In this document: piece after piece, positions 23,865 through 35,573 of the stretch
Position numbering within the stretch: the first letter of the stretch is position 1
Layout of the letters: each line of letters begins with the position of its first letter
NCBI GenBank assembly: GCA_002269645.1
Contig: NIVC01000583.1
Span: 372,001 to 436,000 of the forward strand
Direction of reading: 5' to 3'
Source: Macrostomum lignano
Taxonomy: Eukaryota
Length of the DNA: 64,000 nt
Notes under the pieces: model-generated
What the model was told of the DNA's origin: nothing
The model's input: only the letters and a program-made list of their open reading frames with translations
Database searches by the model: none
Made by a program: the position numbers and the translations under genes

Positions 23865-25181
23865 ATGTCTGCCTATCCGGACGACGAAGCCGCCGCCAGG
23901 AGCATCAGGCTGGTGCGGCTGTCCTGGAACTGCTCCAAGGATCCCGCTGAACCCTCAGCCAGGATCTCCGTGTCAGCCGCCGTGTACACCGCCGCGCTGA
24001 TGTCGCTGAGCCTCGTCAACGTCGGCTTCAACGCTGCCGCCCTGCGACTTCTCCCTCGGGTGATGCCACGCAGGAACCCGGCGCTTCGCCTGTTGAGCAG
24101 CCTGTCTGTGGCGGAGATCGCCTTCAACGGCTGCCAGCTGTGCTACCAGGCGCTGGTGTACACCTACGGCCAGCGGCGGCAGCAGTTCGTCAGCCAGCTA
24201 GCCGGCCTGCTCACCTGCTCTGCCATGCAGGCTCTGCTGCTGCTGCACCAGACTGCTCACCGGGTCCGCAACTGGACGATTGTGCTGGTGGGCTGGTGCA
24301 GGTTCGGCCGCCTGATCCGCTGCTGGGGCCGCGGCGGCGGCAGCGGCGGCAGCGGAGTTTCGGACAGCTGGGCGACCAGCTATGGAGCGATGCTGCTCAA
24401 CTTCGTCCTCTGTCTGGCGTTTAGCATCCCGAAGCTGTTTGAGTACAACGCCATCGTGTGCGTGAGCAGCCTCCGACTCAGCCAGGAGACCACCTGGCTG
24501 ACTGACTGGCCCGCCTACCGCATCGGCTACACCTACATTGCCGGCTACCTCAGCTCCACCGTCGGGCCCGTGGCCCTGCTCACCGGCCTGCACTGCGCCA
24601 TCCTGGGCGGCCTCGTGCGCGATCGGCGCTGCCGGCGGCGCGACGGTGATGACAATGCGCAGCTTGAAGAGCCCGGCGTAACTGCCGCGGCCGTCCCGGC
24701 ACCGATAATGGCTTCGCCGAGGCACGCGGACCTGCTGATCGCCGCACTGGTGGCCACCTTCTGCCTGTGCGAGCTGCCCGCATTCGTAGCCGCCCTGTTC
24801 TACCTGAACGACTCAAACTGGCGGCTCTCGTATCACCTGGTCCACCTGGCCCACCTGGGCACGGCCATCGACTCAACGCTCAACCTGCTGATCTACACGT
24901 TCCCGTACCGGCGGGCGGCTCGTTACTGGCGGCATCGGCGGGAGCGGCGGCAGGTGCGTCGCGGCCTCGTAGAGCTGCAGATGGCCGCCCCAGTCGGGCG
25001 GCGGCGGCGTCGGCATCGGAGAAACCGGCCATCATTACCGGCGAACGACAACAACGACGGCGACGGCGAGGCGAAGTCTGAGAATGACTTCGGCGACTCG
25101 CCGACGCGCGGCTTCACGACTGTCGGACGGTCGCACAGCCAGAACTGCAGTCGGGGCGCCGCCTACGCAAACCCGGAGTGA
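23865..25181 (+). CDS. Class A (rhodopsin-like) GPCR, peptide receptor type (FMRFamide/sex-peptide-receptor-like), 438 aa, single coding exon
   Basis: Seven hydrophobic segments. Divergent motifs: TM1 VGFN, TM2 LSVAE, TM3 CRF, TM4 FSIP, TM5 GPVALL, TM6 FCLCELP, TM7 DSTLNLLIY. Strong acceptor TTTTTCAG at 23788 precedes the ATG. Confidence 0.9.
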   Translation: MSAYPDDEAAARSIRLVRLSWNCSKDPAEPSARISVSAAVYTAALMSLSLVNVGFNAAALRLLPRVMPRRNPALRLLSSLSVAEIAFNGCQLCYQALVYTYGQRRQQFVSQLAGLLTCSAMQALLLLHQTAHRVRNWTIVLVGWCRFGRLIRCWGRGGGSGGSGVSDSWATSYGAMLLNFVLCLAFSIPKLFEYNAIVCVSSLRLSQETTWLTDWPAYRIGYTYIAGYLSSTVGPVALLTGLHCAILGGLVRDRRCRRRDGDDNAQLEEPGVTAAAVPAPIMASPRHADLLIAALVATFCLCELPAFVAALFYLNDSNWRLSYHLVHLAHLGTAIDSTLNLLIYTFPYRRAARYWRHRRERRQVRRGLVELQMAAPVGRRRRRHRRNRPSLPANDNNDGDGEAKSENDFGDSPTRGFTTVGRSHSQNCSRGAAYANPE

Positions 25182-25434
25182 ACTGACTGACCCCATATGG
25201 ATTTCAGCCGCTTCGTGATTTGCTTTAAGTCAGGCAATCCGACTGTACTTTCTCATCGTCTCCGTGTCTCCCCTTCCTCAATTAAGTTTCAATACTACCC
25301 CTGAGTGTTCGCTTCTAGCTCAGTGATTTCTTGTACTAATCCTTGTAGAGCTATGCGGAGCTTTTTGCTGTATTGCTGCTGTGGTCTTCTCGTCTGCCTG
25401 TTGCTAATATTAATGTCTGCAACAAATATTAATG

Positions 25435-25881
<447 letters not shown>

Positions 25882-26758
25882 TTTAGTTTCTGTCGAATGT
25901 CTGTCAGCCTGTGCAACAGTCAAATTTCATCACAGCAAGAGTTCAATGCGGGACTAACTGAGCAAACCTGCACATTCACGGTAATTGAACTGGAAAGAAT
26001 CGCGTGCACAGTGATTTTAACAAATTATTTACCTGCTGTGTGTTTTGCCAATCTCGCATAAATTATCCCAATTAGCAAAGCCTTGAGTCCGAAAGCTCAA
26101 CAGCAGCGGTTTCACCGATTGCATCCGCTGAAATGCCAGCAGGTGCAGTAAAATTTCCGTTCTGTCTACCTGAGCCGAACCCTGTAAGGACACCCAGAAA
26201 ATTATACTGTGACCGAAGTGCAAATCTGTGAATGAAGCACAGTAAACATGTTTGATAAATATCATATCTGAATAATTAGCCAGATAGATACAGACTGTTT
26301 ATCCAGATATATAGACTGTTATCCAGCTTAAAAAAACTGTTTATCCAGATACAGACCAGACTATCTAAGCCGAACTGATTACTCAGTTCAAGCCAAGAAA
26401 GAAGACCGTGATTAATCACGCCCTGGCTGAGTCTTCGGTCAAAGTATCATTGCTGAGAGCGGCAGAAGGAAGCGAATCAAATTCTGTGTGAAGCGGGTAA
26501 GTTCTGAGACTTAGCTCGTACAGATGCTCATGCATGCCAAAGACTTCGAATTCCAAACTATATCCTTCGAAGGTATTCTATAAGCATTCTCGCTCTTTTT
26601 TATACACTGAAGCTGCTTATCGGGACCTTTGAACTTAAAACTAAAAGATTTCATTGCGATATCACTGTAAAGGTTTGTCTCTCTGAATTCTGCGTCTCGT
26701 GTGAAAGGACATCAGGCATTCTTCCTTAAAACCAATGTATTTTTGACGCCCACTAGAT

Positions 26759-27066
26759 AAAGACTGTTTAGCCAGATAGATAGAGACTGTTTATCCAGAT
26801 ACATAGAGACTGTTTATCCAGATAGATAGAGACTGTTTATCCAGATAGATAGAGACTGTTTATCCAGATAGATAGAGACTGTTTATCCAGATAGATAGAG
26901 ACTGTTTATCCAGATAGATAGAGACTGTTTATCCAGATAGATAGAGACTGTTTATCCAGATACATAGAGACTGTTTATCCAGATAGATAGAGACTGTTTA
27001 TCCAGATAGATAGAGACTGTTTATCCAGATACATAGAGACTGTTTATCCAGGTAGATAGAGACTGT
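26759..27066. repeat. 23-bp tandem repeat (TAGATAGAGACTGTTTATCCAGA); degenerate copies also at 26280-26355
   Basis: Read directly. Confidence 0.93.
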
Positions 27067-28109
27067 TTTTAACACGCGACCCATTACTTGCATTAACTTT
27101 CTCATCCACTGGACAGCCGGCCACTGACCCTCTACTGACTTCTCTCAGCTTCCTCAGCCTAACGGCAGACGCCGTGATTTCAACGGAAACTGCTCAATGC
27201 AGCGATCTCACAAGGCCCGGATAAAAGGGAAATTGGGAAGCAGCTTCAAATTTCCCTTGCAATTTTTTTGTTGTTAATTTCCTTTTCAGACGAATCGCAG
27301 CGGCGGCAGAAGCTGATGAGGTAATTTTATTTGAATCGCTGGGTTAAGTGGGGCCTGGCCTGGTTTCGAAGGCTCATCATTGGGAGAATCTCGTACAGTA
27401 CGCAGTTATTGTTTTGTGCTTTGTTTCCTTTATTCACAGCTTCAGTGGCAGCTGCCACACACATTGTTAGTAATCAATTTACCCCAGTTAAACTTCAAGT
27501 TTAGCAACATTTTTGAAATAATTGCTGTGCTTTCAAGGGTCGCCAGCACCAAGGGGCGCCAGCACCAAGGGGCTCCAAGGAACAAGCTAGCACCCAAGGC
27601 ACAGAGTATTTGATGTGCGAGTACATGCCTAACACGGTTAGGGGCCTTTCAACCATATTCTATTGTTGTTATTATACAGTAGTACATGTATATAAACAGC
27701 AACAATAACTGCAATCACTTGAAATAATACTGGTAAATCGATTTGACCACGATATTTCCAATAAAGATTCGGCAACACTCGTAAACACATATATAATCTG
27801 TTTTCAGCACATTTAATTTCAATAAATAAAATGTTATAATAAAAGTTAAAACACTGACTTTAAAACAGACTTTGAAGCCAAAACAGCAAAGAAAAAATTG
27901 ACGCAGACAGAGATTACAGTTGAAGTGAATTATCCTCGCCCAGCTGCAACAAAAGATAAGGAAGCAGGACCGACGGATATTAATCAAATCAGCGAATTAG
28001 CTGTGCGAGGCTGTTTAAAAATAGATAACATATAAGATGATTAAGCCTGATCGAATCTGCTTGCTTAGTTGGGCAATCTCACGGCATCTGCTAATTGAAC
28101 AGAAGTGGG

Positions 28110-28402
28110 CGCTGGCATGGAGTGGGATTGGCGTGGAGCGGGGTTGGCGTGGAGAGGGGTTGACGTGGAGTAGGGGTTGGCGTGGAGTGGGAGTTAGGGG
28201 GTTGGCGTGGAGTGGGAGTTAGGGGGTTGGCGTGGAGCGGGGGTTGGTGTGGAGTGGGGGTTGGCGTGGAATGGGGTTGGTGGGAAATGGGGGTTTGGCG
28301 TGGAGGGGGATTGGCGTGGAGGGGGGTAGCGTGGTGTGGGGGTTGGCGTGGTATGGTGTTGGCGAGGAATGGGGGTTGGCGTGGAGTGGGGGTTGGCGTG
28401 GA
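28110..28402. repeat. G-rich repeat of about 17 bp (GGGGTTGGCGTGGAG)
   Basis: Read directly. Confidence 0.85.
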
Positions 28403-29903
28403 GCGAAGAAACGCAAACTCAGAAAGTTAAACAGCAGTAAACAGTAGCCAGAATAACTAATTTCAACTAAAAAAAAGGGGCGGCCGGCCATTAAGTCAAA
28501 TATTTGGCCAGTGTTGGCGAAGGTGAGAAAAGAAGATCAACAGTGAAATAACGAATCTAATTAGCATATAATTTTATAAGCTTTACAAAAGACTTGGTCA
28601 AAAGAAAGCAAGAAAAACCTAAAACTTTCAAAGCGTATTTTCAACAGCTCATAGTTTATCGAAAATTCTATTTAAACTGAACTGAACACATATAATGAAG
28701 AATTAAATTCCTTGCGAAGTTAATATTCCAAGCTAATCAAATAGTCCACTAAGGGTTCGAGGCTTAAGAAAGTCAAAGGAAACGGATGAAGCGGATTAGG
28801 ACTGAGATAAGCTTAAATAAGAGAACGACAACTCTTGCCAAACAAATCAACTCACAGTTGAGTTCAATTTCAATAAATTAGCTCTCGTATTTCCATACAA
28901 ATTCCAAATAAGGAAGGTCAGCTGCTTTGAAGAAAAAATATGAAACGGGAAAAATGAAATAAGAAAAAATACACGCCTACGCACTTCTGTTAATACTGTA
29001 AGTCAGCCGCGCACAGACAAAAAAGCCTTCGAATTTTAAAATAGGCGGGCGCTGACATCCCAGCAGGGCTTCAAGGACAAATTGGCGCTAGCGAAGCGGA
29101 GAAACTACACAGTTGATAAACAGGGATAGGAAAATCCTGACTCCAAAAAATCACAGATTAAACAGAAGACGAAATAGCTAAGCAAGTTAAAAAGCGGATA
29201 ATTCAATAATGACAAAATACGGAAATAACGTTTTAATAAACATTTTAACAGTTCAAAGCCCAATGCCTTTAAACAAAAGAACTTAGCAGAAAAACTGTTA
29301 ATACTCAAGTACTCGCGTACTCAAGTAGTCAGGCTGCTTACGCACTCAACTTCTCAGAATCGAGATACGAGAACCCTTTACGAATTAAAAGTACTTTTAC
29401 AAACCAAGATAACATAAAAATTGTTCCGATTTTGTACCAAATTTGATAACAAACCTTCTGTCAAAAAGTGCATCGGGTTTCCACTTCAATAATGCCAAGG
29501 AGATGTAGCATGCTGTTACTGGTGACTAGAATATAAAGTTTATGAACTGGTCATAATATCTTGAGCTTTGCAAAAGTTTTTAGGACACCTCATGCGGGAT
29601 TCTTAAAAAAATCTCTTAATGAGAAATAATATATCTACTATATTATTATACTATACGAGTCTATCAGTGTGAAAATTATTAAAATAGGTTACGGGCAACT
29701 ATAGTAAAAGTTAATTTGCGATTAGTAAATCTTCGATAGTTAAAAAAGATTTCCCTATAAGCTATTTCTTACAAACTCACGTAAATTCAAACGAACTGCA
29801 TTAGCGATTAATGAACGAAATTCAACACCCAACTCAATAATAAACTGCTCAAAATTGTGCTTCGCTGCAAAAAAATCATATTTAAAAAAAAACTCGATTT
29901 CAT

Positions 29904-29999
29904 TCAAAGTAGCGAACACTTGGACTTTTTCTTCTTTGTGTCCCGCCTCAGGACGTCTGCGGTTCGTCGATTGATCAGCCGGACCAAGTCCAGGAAGCT
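29904..29999 (-). CDS. Rap1: Rap1 exon 3 (SFLDLVRLINRRTADVLRRDTKKKKSKCSLL*)
   Basis: CAG acceptor at 30000-30002, phase 0; polybasic tract plus CAAX motif CSLL. Confidence 0.9.
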   Translation of the reverse strand, partial: SFLDLVRLINRRTADVLRRDTKKKKSKCSLL

Positions 30000-30029
30000 C
30001 TGTGATTTGTTTTTTAAATGCAGCTTTTC

Positions 30030-30500
30030 ATTGCTGAGATGTCGAGGCTTACGGGTGGAATTGCTGAGATGTCAAGGCTTGCTGGGGGAATTGCTGAGAT
30101 GTCGAGGCTTACGGGTGGAATTGCTGAGATGTCAAGGCTTGCTGGGGGAATTGCTGAGATGTCGAGGCTTGCTGGGGGAATTGCTGAGATGTCAAAGGCT
30201 TGCTGGGGGAATTGCTGAGATGTCGAGGCCTGCTGGGGGAATTGCTGAGATGTCAAAGGCTTGCTGGGGGAATTGCTGGGATGTCAAAGACTTGCTGGGG
30301 GAATTGCTGAGATGTCGAGGCTTGCTGGGGGAATTGCTGAGATGTCGAGGCTTGCTGGGGGAATTGCTGAGATGTCAAAGGCTTGCTGGGGGAATTGCTG
30401 AGATGTCGAGGCTTGCTGGGGGAATTTCTTGAGCTGTCAAGGCTTGCTGGGGGAATTGCTGGGATGTCAAGGCTGACGGGGGGAATTGCTGAGATGTCAA
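30030..30500. repeat. 30-31-bp minisatellite (ATTGCTGAGATGTCGAGGCTTGCTGGGGGA) in Rap1 intron 2
   Basis: Read directly. Confidence 0.93.
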
Positions 30501-30707
30501 GGCAAATAGATTCACATTAAATGTTTTTGTCCCTTGCTTATTGGGTGCCCCGAAGGGGGGCAGTAGATTGCTATTTTTAAAATTAAATGTGCAACTATGG
30601 AATAATTGATGCTAAAAAGCTACTTAAAGTAGGCATTTAAACATTTTATCCGTATAAAATGAAGCTGTACCTTAAAAACAGTGCTCTTGTGGCAGAAGAT
30701 TACTTAC

Positions 30708-30848
30708 ATCCTCAACGTTTAGCTTAGCTTTGGCCGACGTCTCCAGAAAGGAGCAATTCCACTGGTGCGCCAGGCTCTGGCCCTGCTCTCGACTGACCGT
30801 GCGCTCGTCATCCAGGTCGCACTTGTTGCCAATCAGAATGATTGGCAC
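30708..30848 (-). CDS. Rap1: Rap1 exon 2 ([47 protein letters not shown])
   Basis: G4 NKCD and G5 ETSAK motifs; CAG acceptor and GTAAGT donor, both phase 0. Confidence 0.95.
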
Positions 30849-30939
30849 CTGCGGAGAAAGTGCGCAAATTCTGAGGTTTAAATATGAGCGTGATTGATTG
30901 ACAACTTATCGAAATGAAGCTTCTCGATTCTTGCTAGGG

Positions 30940-31266
30940 TAATAATAATAGAAAAAAAAAATTTTGATTACGCCTGCCCTAATGGGAAGATGTGCAACCG
31001 ACAGCTCAGCCGCAGCTATTGTGCGGCGCATCTGAAGGCTGCGTACGGCTGTTCAATCCAAGCACTGGGGGGTCGCCACACACAGCCTCAATTACCCCAG
31101 CTAATGCTGGCACCCATTTTACAGCTGGGTGAACTGAAGCAATGCAGAGTTAAAATGTCTGCTTCAGGACACAAATTGTTCTCCAGGTGGGCCGAGAATC
31201 GAACCACCGACCTTTCAGTTGTGAGCCCAACTTTCTATTCACTATTCACTAGGCTACAAACCCCTC
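30940..31266 (-). mobile_element. tRNA-derived SINE with CORE-like central domain, in Rap1 intron 1
   Basis: Minus strand: A-box-like TAGCCTAGTG, B-box GGTTCGATTC (31196-31205), then GTGTCCTGAAGCAGACATTTTAACTCTGCATTGCTTCAGTTCACCCAGCTGTAAAATGGG (resembles the MIR/CORE domain), and a (TTA)n-like tail. Confidence 0.65.
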
Positions 31267-31339
31267 TCTAACTATCAAGGTTGGAAGGCTTAGAAGAATT
31301 GAAGAATAGTCGGAAGATTTTTGGAAGGCAGGACTGAGG

Positions 31340-32430
31340 GCCACTCATTTTGGCGCCACAGGCACTCATTTTGGCGCTGCATACACTCATTTTAGCGCCA
31401 CAGGCACTCATTTTGGCGCCGCAGGCACTCATTTTGGCGCTGCATGCACTCACTTTGGCGCCACAGGCACTCATTTTTGGCGCCGCAGGCACTCATTTTG
31501 GCGCCACAGGCACTCATTTTGGCGCTGCAGGCACTCATTTTAGCGCCGCAGGCACTCATTTTGGCGCTGCATACACTCATTTGGGCGCTGCAGGCACTCA
31601 TTTTAGCGCCACAGGCACTCATTTTGGCGCTGCAGGCACTCATTTTGGCGCTGCATGCACTCATTTTGGCGCCACAGGCACTCATTTTGGCGCCACAGGC
31701 ACTCATTTTGGCGCCACAGGCACTCATTTTGGCGCCGCATGCACTCATTTTGGCGCCACAGGGACTCATTTTGGCGCTACAGACACTCACTTTGGCGCCA
31801 CAGACTCTCATTTTGGCGCCACAGACACTCACTTTGGCGCCGCAGACACACATTTTGGCCCCACGGACACTCACTTTGGCGCCACAGGGACTCATTTTGG
31901 CGCCACAGGCACTCATTTTGGCGCCACAGGCACTCATTTTGGCGCCACAGGCACTCATTTTGGCGCCACAGGCACTCATTTTGGCGCCGCATGCACTCAC
32001 TTTGGCGCCACAGGGACTCATTTTGGCGCTACAGACACTCACTTTGGCGCCACAGACTCTCATTTTGGCGCCACAGACACTCACTTTGGCGCCGCAGACA
32101 CACATTTTGGCCCCACGGACACTCACTTTGGCGCCACAGGGACTCATTTTGGCGCCACGGACACTCACTTTGGCGCCACAGGGACTCATTTTGGCGCCAC
32201 AGGCACTCATTTTGGCGCCGCAGACACTCATTTTGGCGCCACAGGCACTCATTTTGGCGCCGCAGACACTCATTTTGGCGCCACGGACACTCATTTTGGC
32301 GCCACAGACACTCATTTTGGCGCTGCATGCACTCACTTTGGCGCCGCAGGAACTCATTTTGGCGCCACGGACATTCATTTTGGCGCCACAGACACTCATT
32401 TTGGCGCCACAGACACTCATTTTGGCACCG
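31340..32430. repeat. 21-bp minisatellite (TTTGGCGCCACAGGCACTCAT) in Rap1 intron 1
   Basis: Read directly; about 50 copies. Confidence 0.95.
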
Positions 32431-32869
32431 AAAGCTATACTTTGTCGCCCTGAAGCAAAATTATTGATTTCCATAACGGGTCCCCAATGGCAACGCCCCT
32501 GAAGAGGGGGGCGGCACTGGGCCGGAAATGCTAATAGAAAAGAGCGCTAATCGAAAATTGTTATTCTTTCATCCTACGCAACCAGCAGCCAGCTCGGCCA
32601 CCCACTTAACTTCGTCCACTGTCCTGCCAGCTACCCGGATAAGGAACTGGGGAAAATGGAGAGAAAAATACGGGATGCGTGGGAAGCAATCACTGCGACC
32701 CGCCCGCTTATGCTGGAGAAAACTGTAAAGGGGGGGCGGATAGGGCGTTTGGGAATTCTGCTGCACCCAGTGAGTCGACAAGCGTCAGAGAAAAAATCAG
32801 AAGTTAAAAGTTTCTTGAAGTACAGATAATTTGTTTTAGTGCCAGTCAATAGCTACACTATAAAGGCCT

Positions 32870-33198
32870 CATTGGCTAATTGAATGATTAATGCGATGTC
32901 CGGAGAGGGCTGGAAGGGCAATGAAGATTTAGCGGAGGGAATGAATGGTGAGGCAGGTTGAATTGGGGTGAAGGAAAGTACGGGTAAAGAAGCCTGTCTG
33001 AAGAAGTCCGAAAGGAAGCCACACATGCCTTGGATGTCGTCAAAGGGAAAGTGGCGACAGCCGACCCCGCAGACAGGTAATGGACAAACAGCCCACAACC
33101 CCCAAATTGATGTGGCCGAGCCTTGCGGAATCGAGCCCGGGACGTTTTGACGGAGTAGACACAGAAAGTTGGATGCACTACCGCACCGCTACTCAGCC
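32870..33198 (-). mobile_element. Second, different tRNA-derived SINE-like sequence
   Basis: Minus strand head GGCTGAGTAGCGGTGCGGTAGTGC...GTCCCGGGCTCGATTCC (B-box-like at 33127-33137). The 3' boundary is uncertain. Confidence 0.45.
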
Positions 33199-33508
33199 CT
33201 TTAGAGACTCATTAACGATAATTAACTCATCAACTCTGTAGCAATCAGCAGCATAATTGCCGATATGTATCGAAAAAAACTTTATCAAGAAATCATTCTA
33301 TAAAATTTGGAGAATCTTAATGCAGGCCCCGCTTATGAAAACTTAAATAGAATGATTTCACGGACACATGAAAGAGATCACTCCACGTCGGAATTTGAAC
33401 TGCAGGTGCTAATCAAATTCTTTTAGTTTACCAGCTACTAGGTAACATAAAAGAGTGGGCATAGGTAGCTCATGTTTTGAAACCAGCTAGAATACAAGTG
33501 ATGCTCAC

Positions 33509-33832
33509 ATCGTCAGAGTCTTTAACTCGTAAAATCTGATCCCGAAGCTCGTGCAGATCATTGAACGAAGCCTGTGACGTGATGGAATACACCAGCAGGA
33601 AGCCCTGGCCGTTTTTCATGTACAGATCTCGCATAGCAGTGAACTGCTCCGTGCCAGCCGTGTCCAAGATCTCTAGCATGCACTGGTTATTGTCCACCTC
33701 GATCTGCTTGCGATACGAGTCTTCAATTGTTGGGTCATATTTCTCAACAAAGATGCCTTGGACAAACTGGACAGTGAGGGCAGACTTGCCAACACCGCCA
33801 GAGCCGAGGACGACAAGCTTGTATTCCCGCAT
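33509..33832 (-). CDS. Rap1: Rap1 exon 1 (108 aa); full CDS join(33832..33509, 30848..30708, 29999..29904) = 186 aa Ras-related protein Rap1
   Basis: [43 protein letters not shown]...DTAGTEQF matches Rap1, including the diagnostic T61. GTGAGC donor at 33508. Confidence 0.97.
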
Positions 33833-34965
33833 GGCTCAAAAATTATTACACTGAGTTTGGTTATATATCTGAGGGTATGGATAAGATTTTAAACTATAAT
33901 CAGCTTATAAAGAAATATAGATTAACAAGGAAATATCTAAGTAAGACATTAGACATAATAGTATCCATTAAATACAATTCTAAATTTTGGCAAATGCAAT
34001 TTTATAATTTGTGTACTAATCATTAGGCATTTTAGGCTCAAAACTAGATTTTAAACCTGCATGTAGCATTATAGCTCATATACATAAAGAATTAAGTTGA
34101 CTATAAATTTTTACTAATAGGCGTAATAAGTCAACAATTATTTTATATTGAGACTAAATATTATAATAGAGAACTATTAATAATAAATAACAAAAGTGAC
34201 ATAAACCAAAAATAACAAAGCAAAAAAGCAAAGGTAAGTTAAAAAGATTTATAAACTAATAATTTTTTAAATCCAGGTATGCTGCACTAGATGTTCTTTC
34301 TTATTCATACATTTAAAGAATAAAGTACATATTAACATTCAGCAAATTAATCTAGACAAATGTATTTAGATAAAAATAATAAGAGGCGCTGAAAACATTA
34401 ATTATGAATAAAGAAGTGATGGATAACAAAGTATAAAATTAAGTTCTTTAGTGGGCTTAGTGGTCACTTGTGTGTTCAGGCTGCCAAGCTGCCATCTATT
34501 TAATGACTATGACACTTATTAGGACTACAGCCTACTACAGACAGTTGAGAGTCAGAGACAGGCTATTGCTATACACTGACAGTCTGATACATCAGTGTCA
34601 GATACTCATTGAAATTAAATATAAAATACTGCTACACATATTTGTTTCAAATGTAACTTGGCAGAGTAATATTAATAAGTAGCTACCAAAATGAAATCTA
34701 TTGAATGAAGTGAGCCTATGTTTAATTTCCATCTCGGCCTCGGATGGATCTTCTGATACGATCGGGACCGCGATAAACACGTTTTTAAGCAAATTAAAAA
34801 ACTGTAGTGAAGCCGCACGTAATTTAACAATTTTTTTTCTGAATGTCTGTACTAAAAAAATATCTAGCGTATAGTACCAGCTTAAAAAAAAGATAGAGTT
34901 TAGTTGTGCAACTTGCGATAACTATTAATCGTAAATAAATCCTTAAAATCTTATCTTTGGGAACC

Positions 34966-34974
<9 letters not shown>

Positions 34975-35022
<48 letters not shown>

Positions 35023-35420
35023 CCAATGTACTAATTCATTGACTGAATTTATTGATTAACTAACTGATTGATTTATTGATTAATTGACTGGCTGACTTTG
35101 ATTGATCTTCTGATTGAAAGATTAATAAATAAATTGATTGATGATTGATCGATCAATTGACTGACTGATTGATTGATTGATTGATTGATGATTGGTCGAT
35201 CAAATGACTGACTGATTGATTGATTGATTGACTGACTGGTTGATTTATTGATTGATAGATAAATGAAGTGATTGGTAGATAGACTGATTGATTGAAGATT
35301 GATTGATTGATTGGTTAGTTGTTTGTTGATTGGTTGATTGATTGATAATTAAATCAGTTGATTGATCGATTGACTGATTAATTAATTCATCGATTGATTA
35401 ATTGATTGATAAATAGATGA

Positions 35421-35503
<83 letters not shown>

Positions 35504-35522
35504 AATAGATGAATTGATTGAT
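34975..35522. repeat. (GATT)n microsatellite with degenerate middle
   Basis: Read directly. Confidence 0.95.
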
Positions 35523-35573
35523 TGATATGTCAACCACTCCAAATGCATCAACTCATTAACTGTGCCATTACAG

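Noticed and set aside
27290-27320. 31-bp micro-exon (TTTTCAG...GAG|GTAATT)
   Set aside because: Splice-like signals exist, but no partner exons or protein similarity could be assigned.
31180-31266. tRNA gene (and 33106-33198)
   Set aside because: A/B-box-like motifs are present, but no complete cloverleaf or acceptor stem; both are better explained as SINE heads.
31350-32502. Several ORFs of 270-370 aa (THFGA.. repeats, antifreeze- or mucin-like)
   Set aside because: The 21-bp repeat is open in multiple frames on both strands and lies in Rap1 intron 1.
32495-32535. Possible third hammerhead (CTGAAGA...GAAA)
   Set aside because: There is no proper stem III or NUH triplet and no matching stem I.
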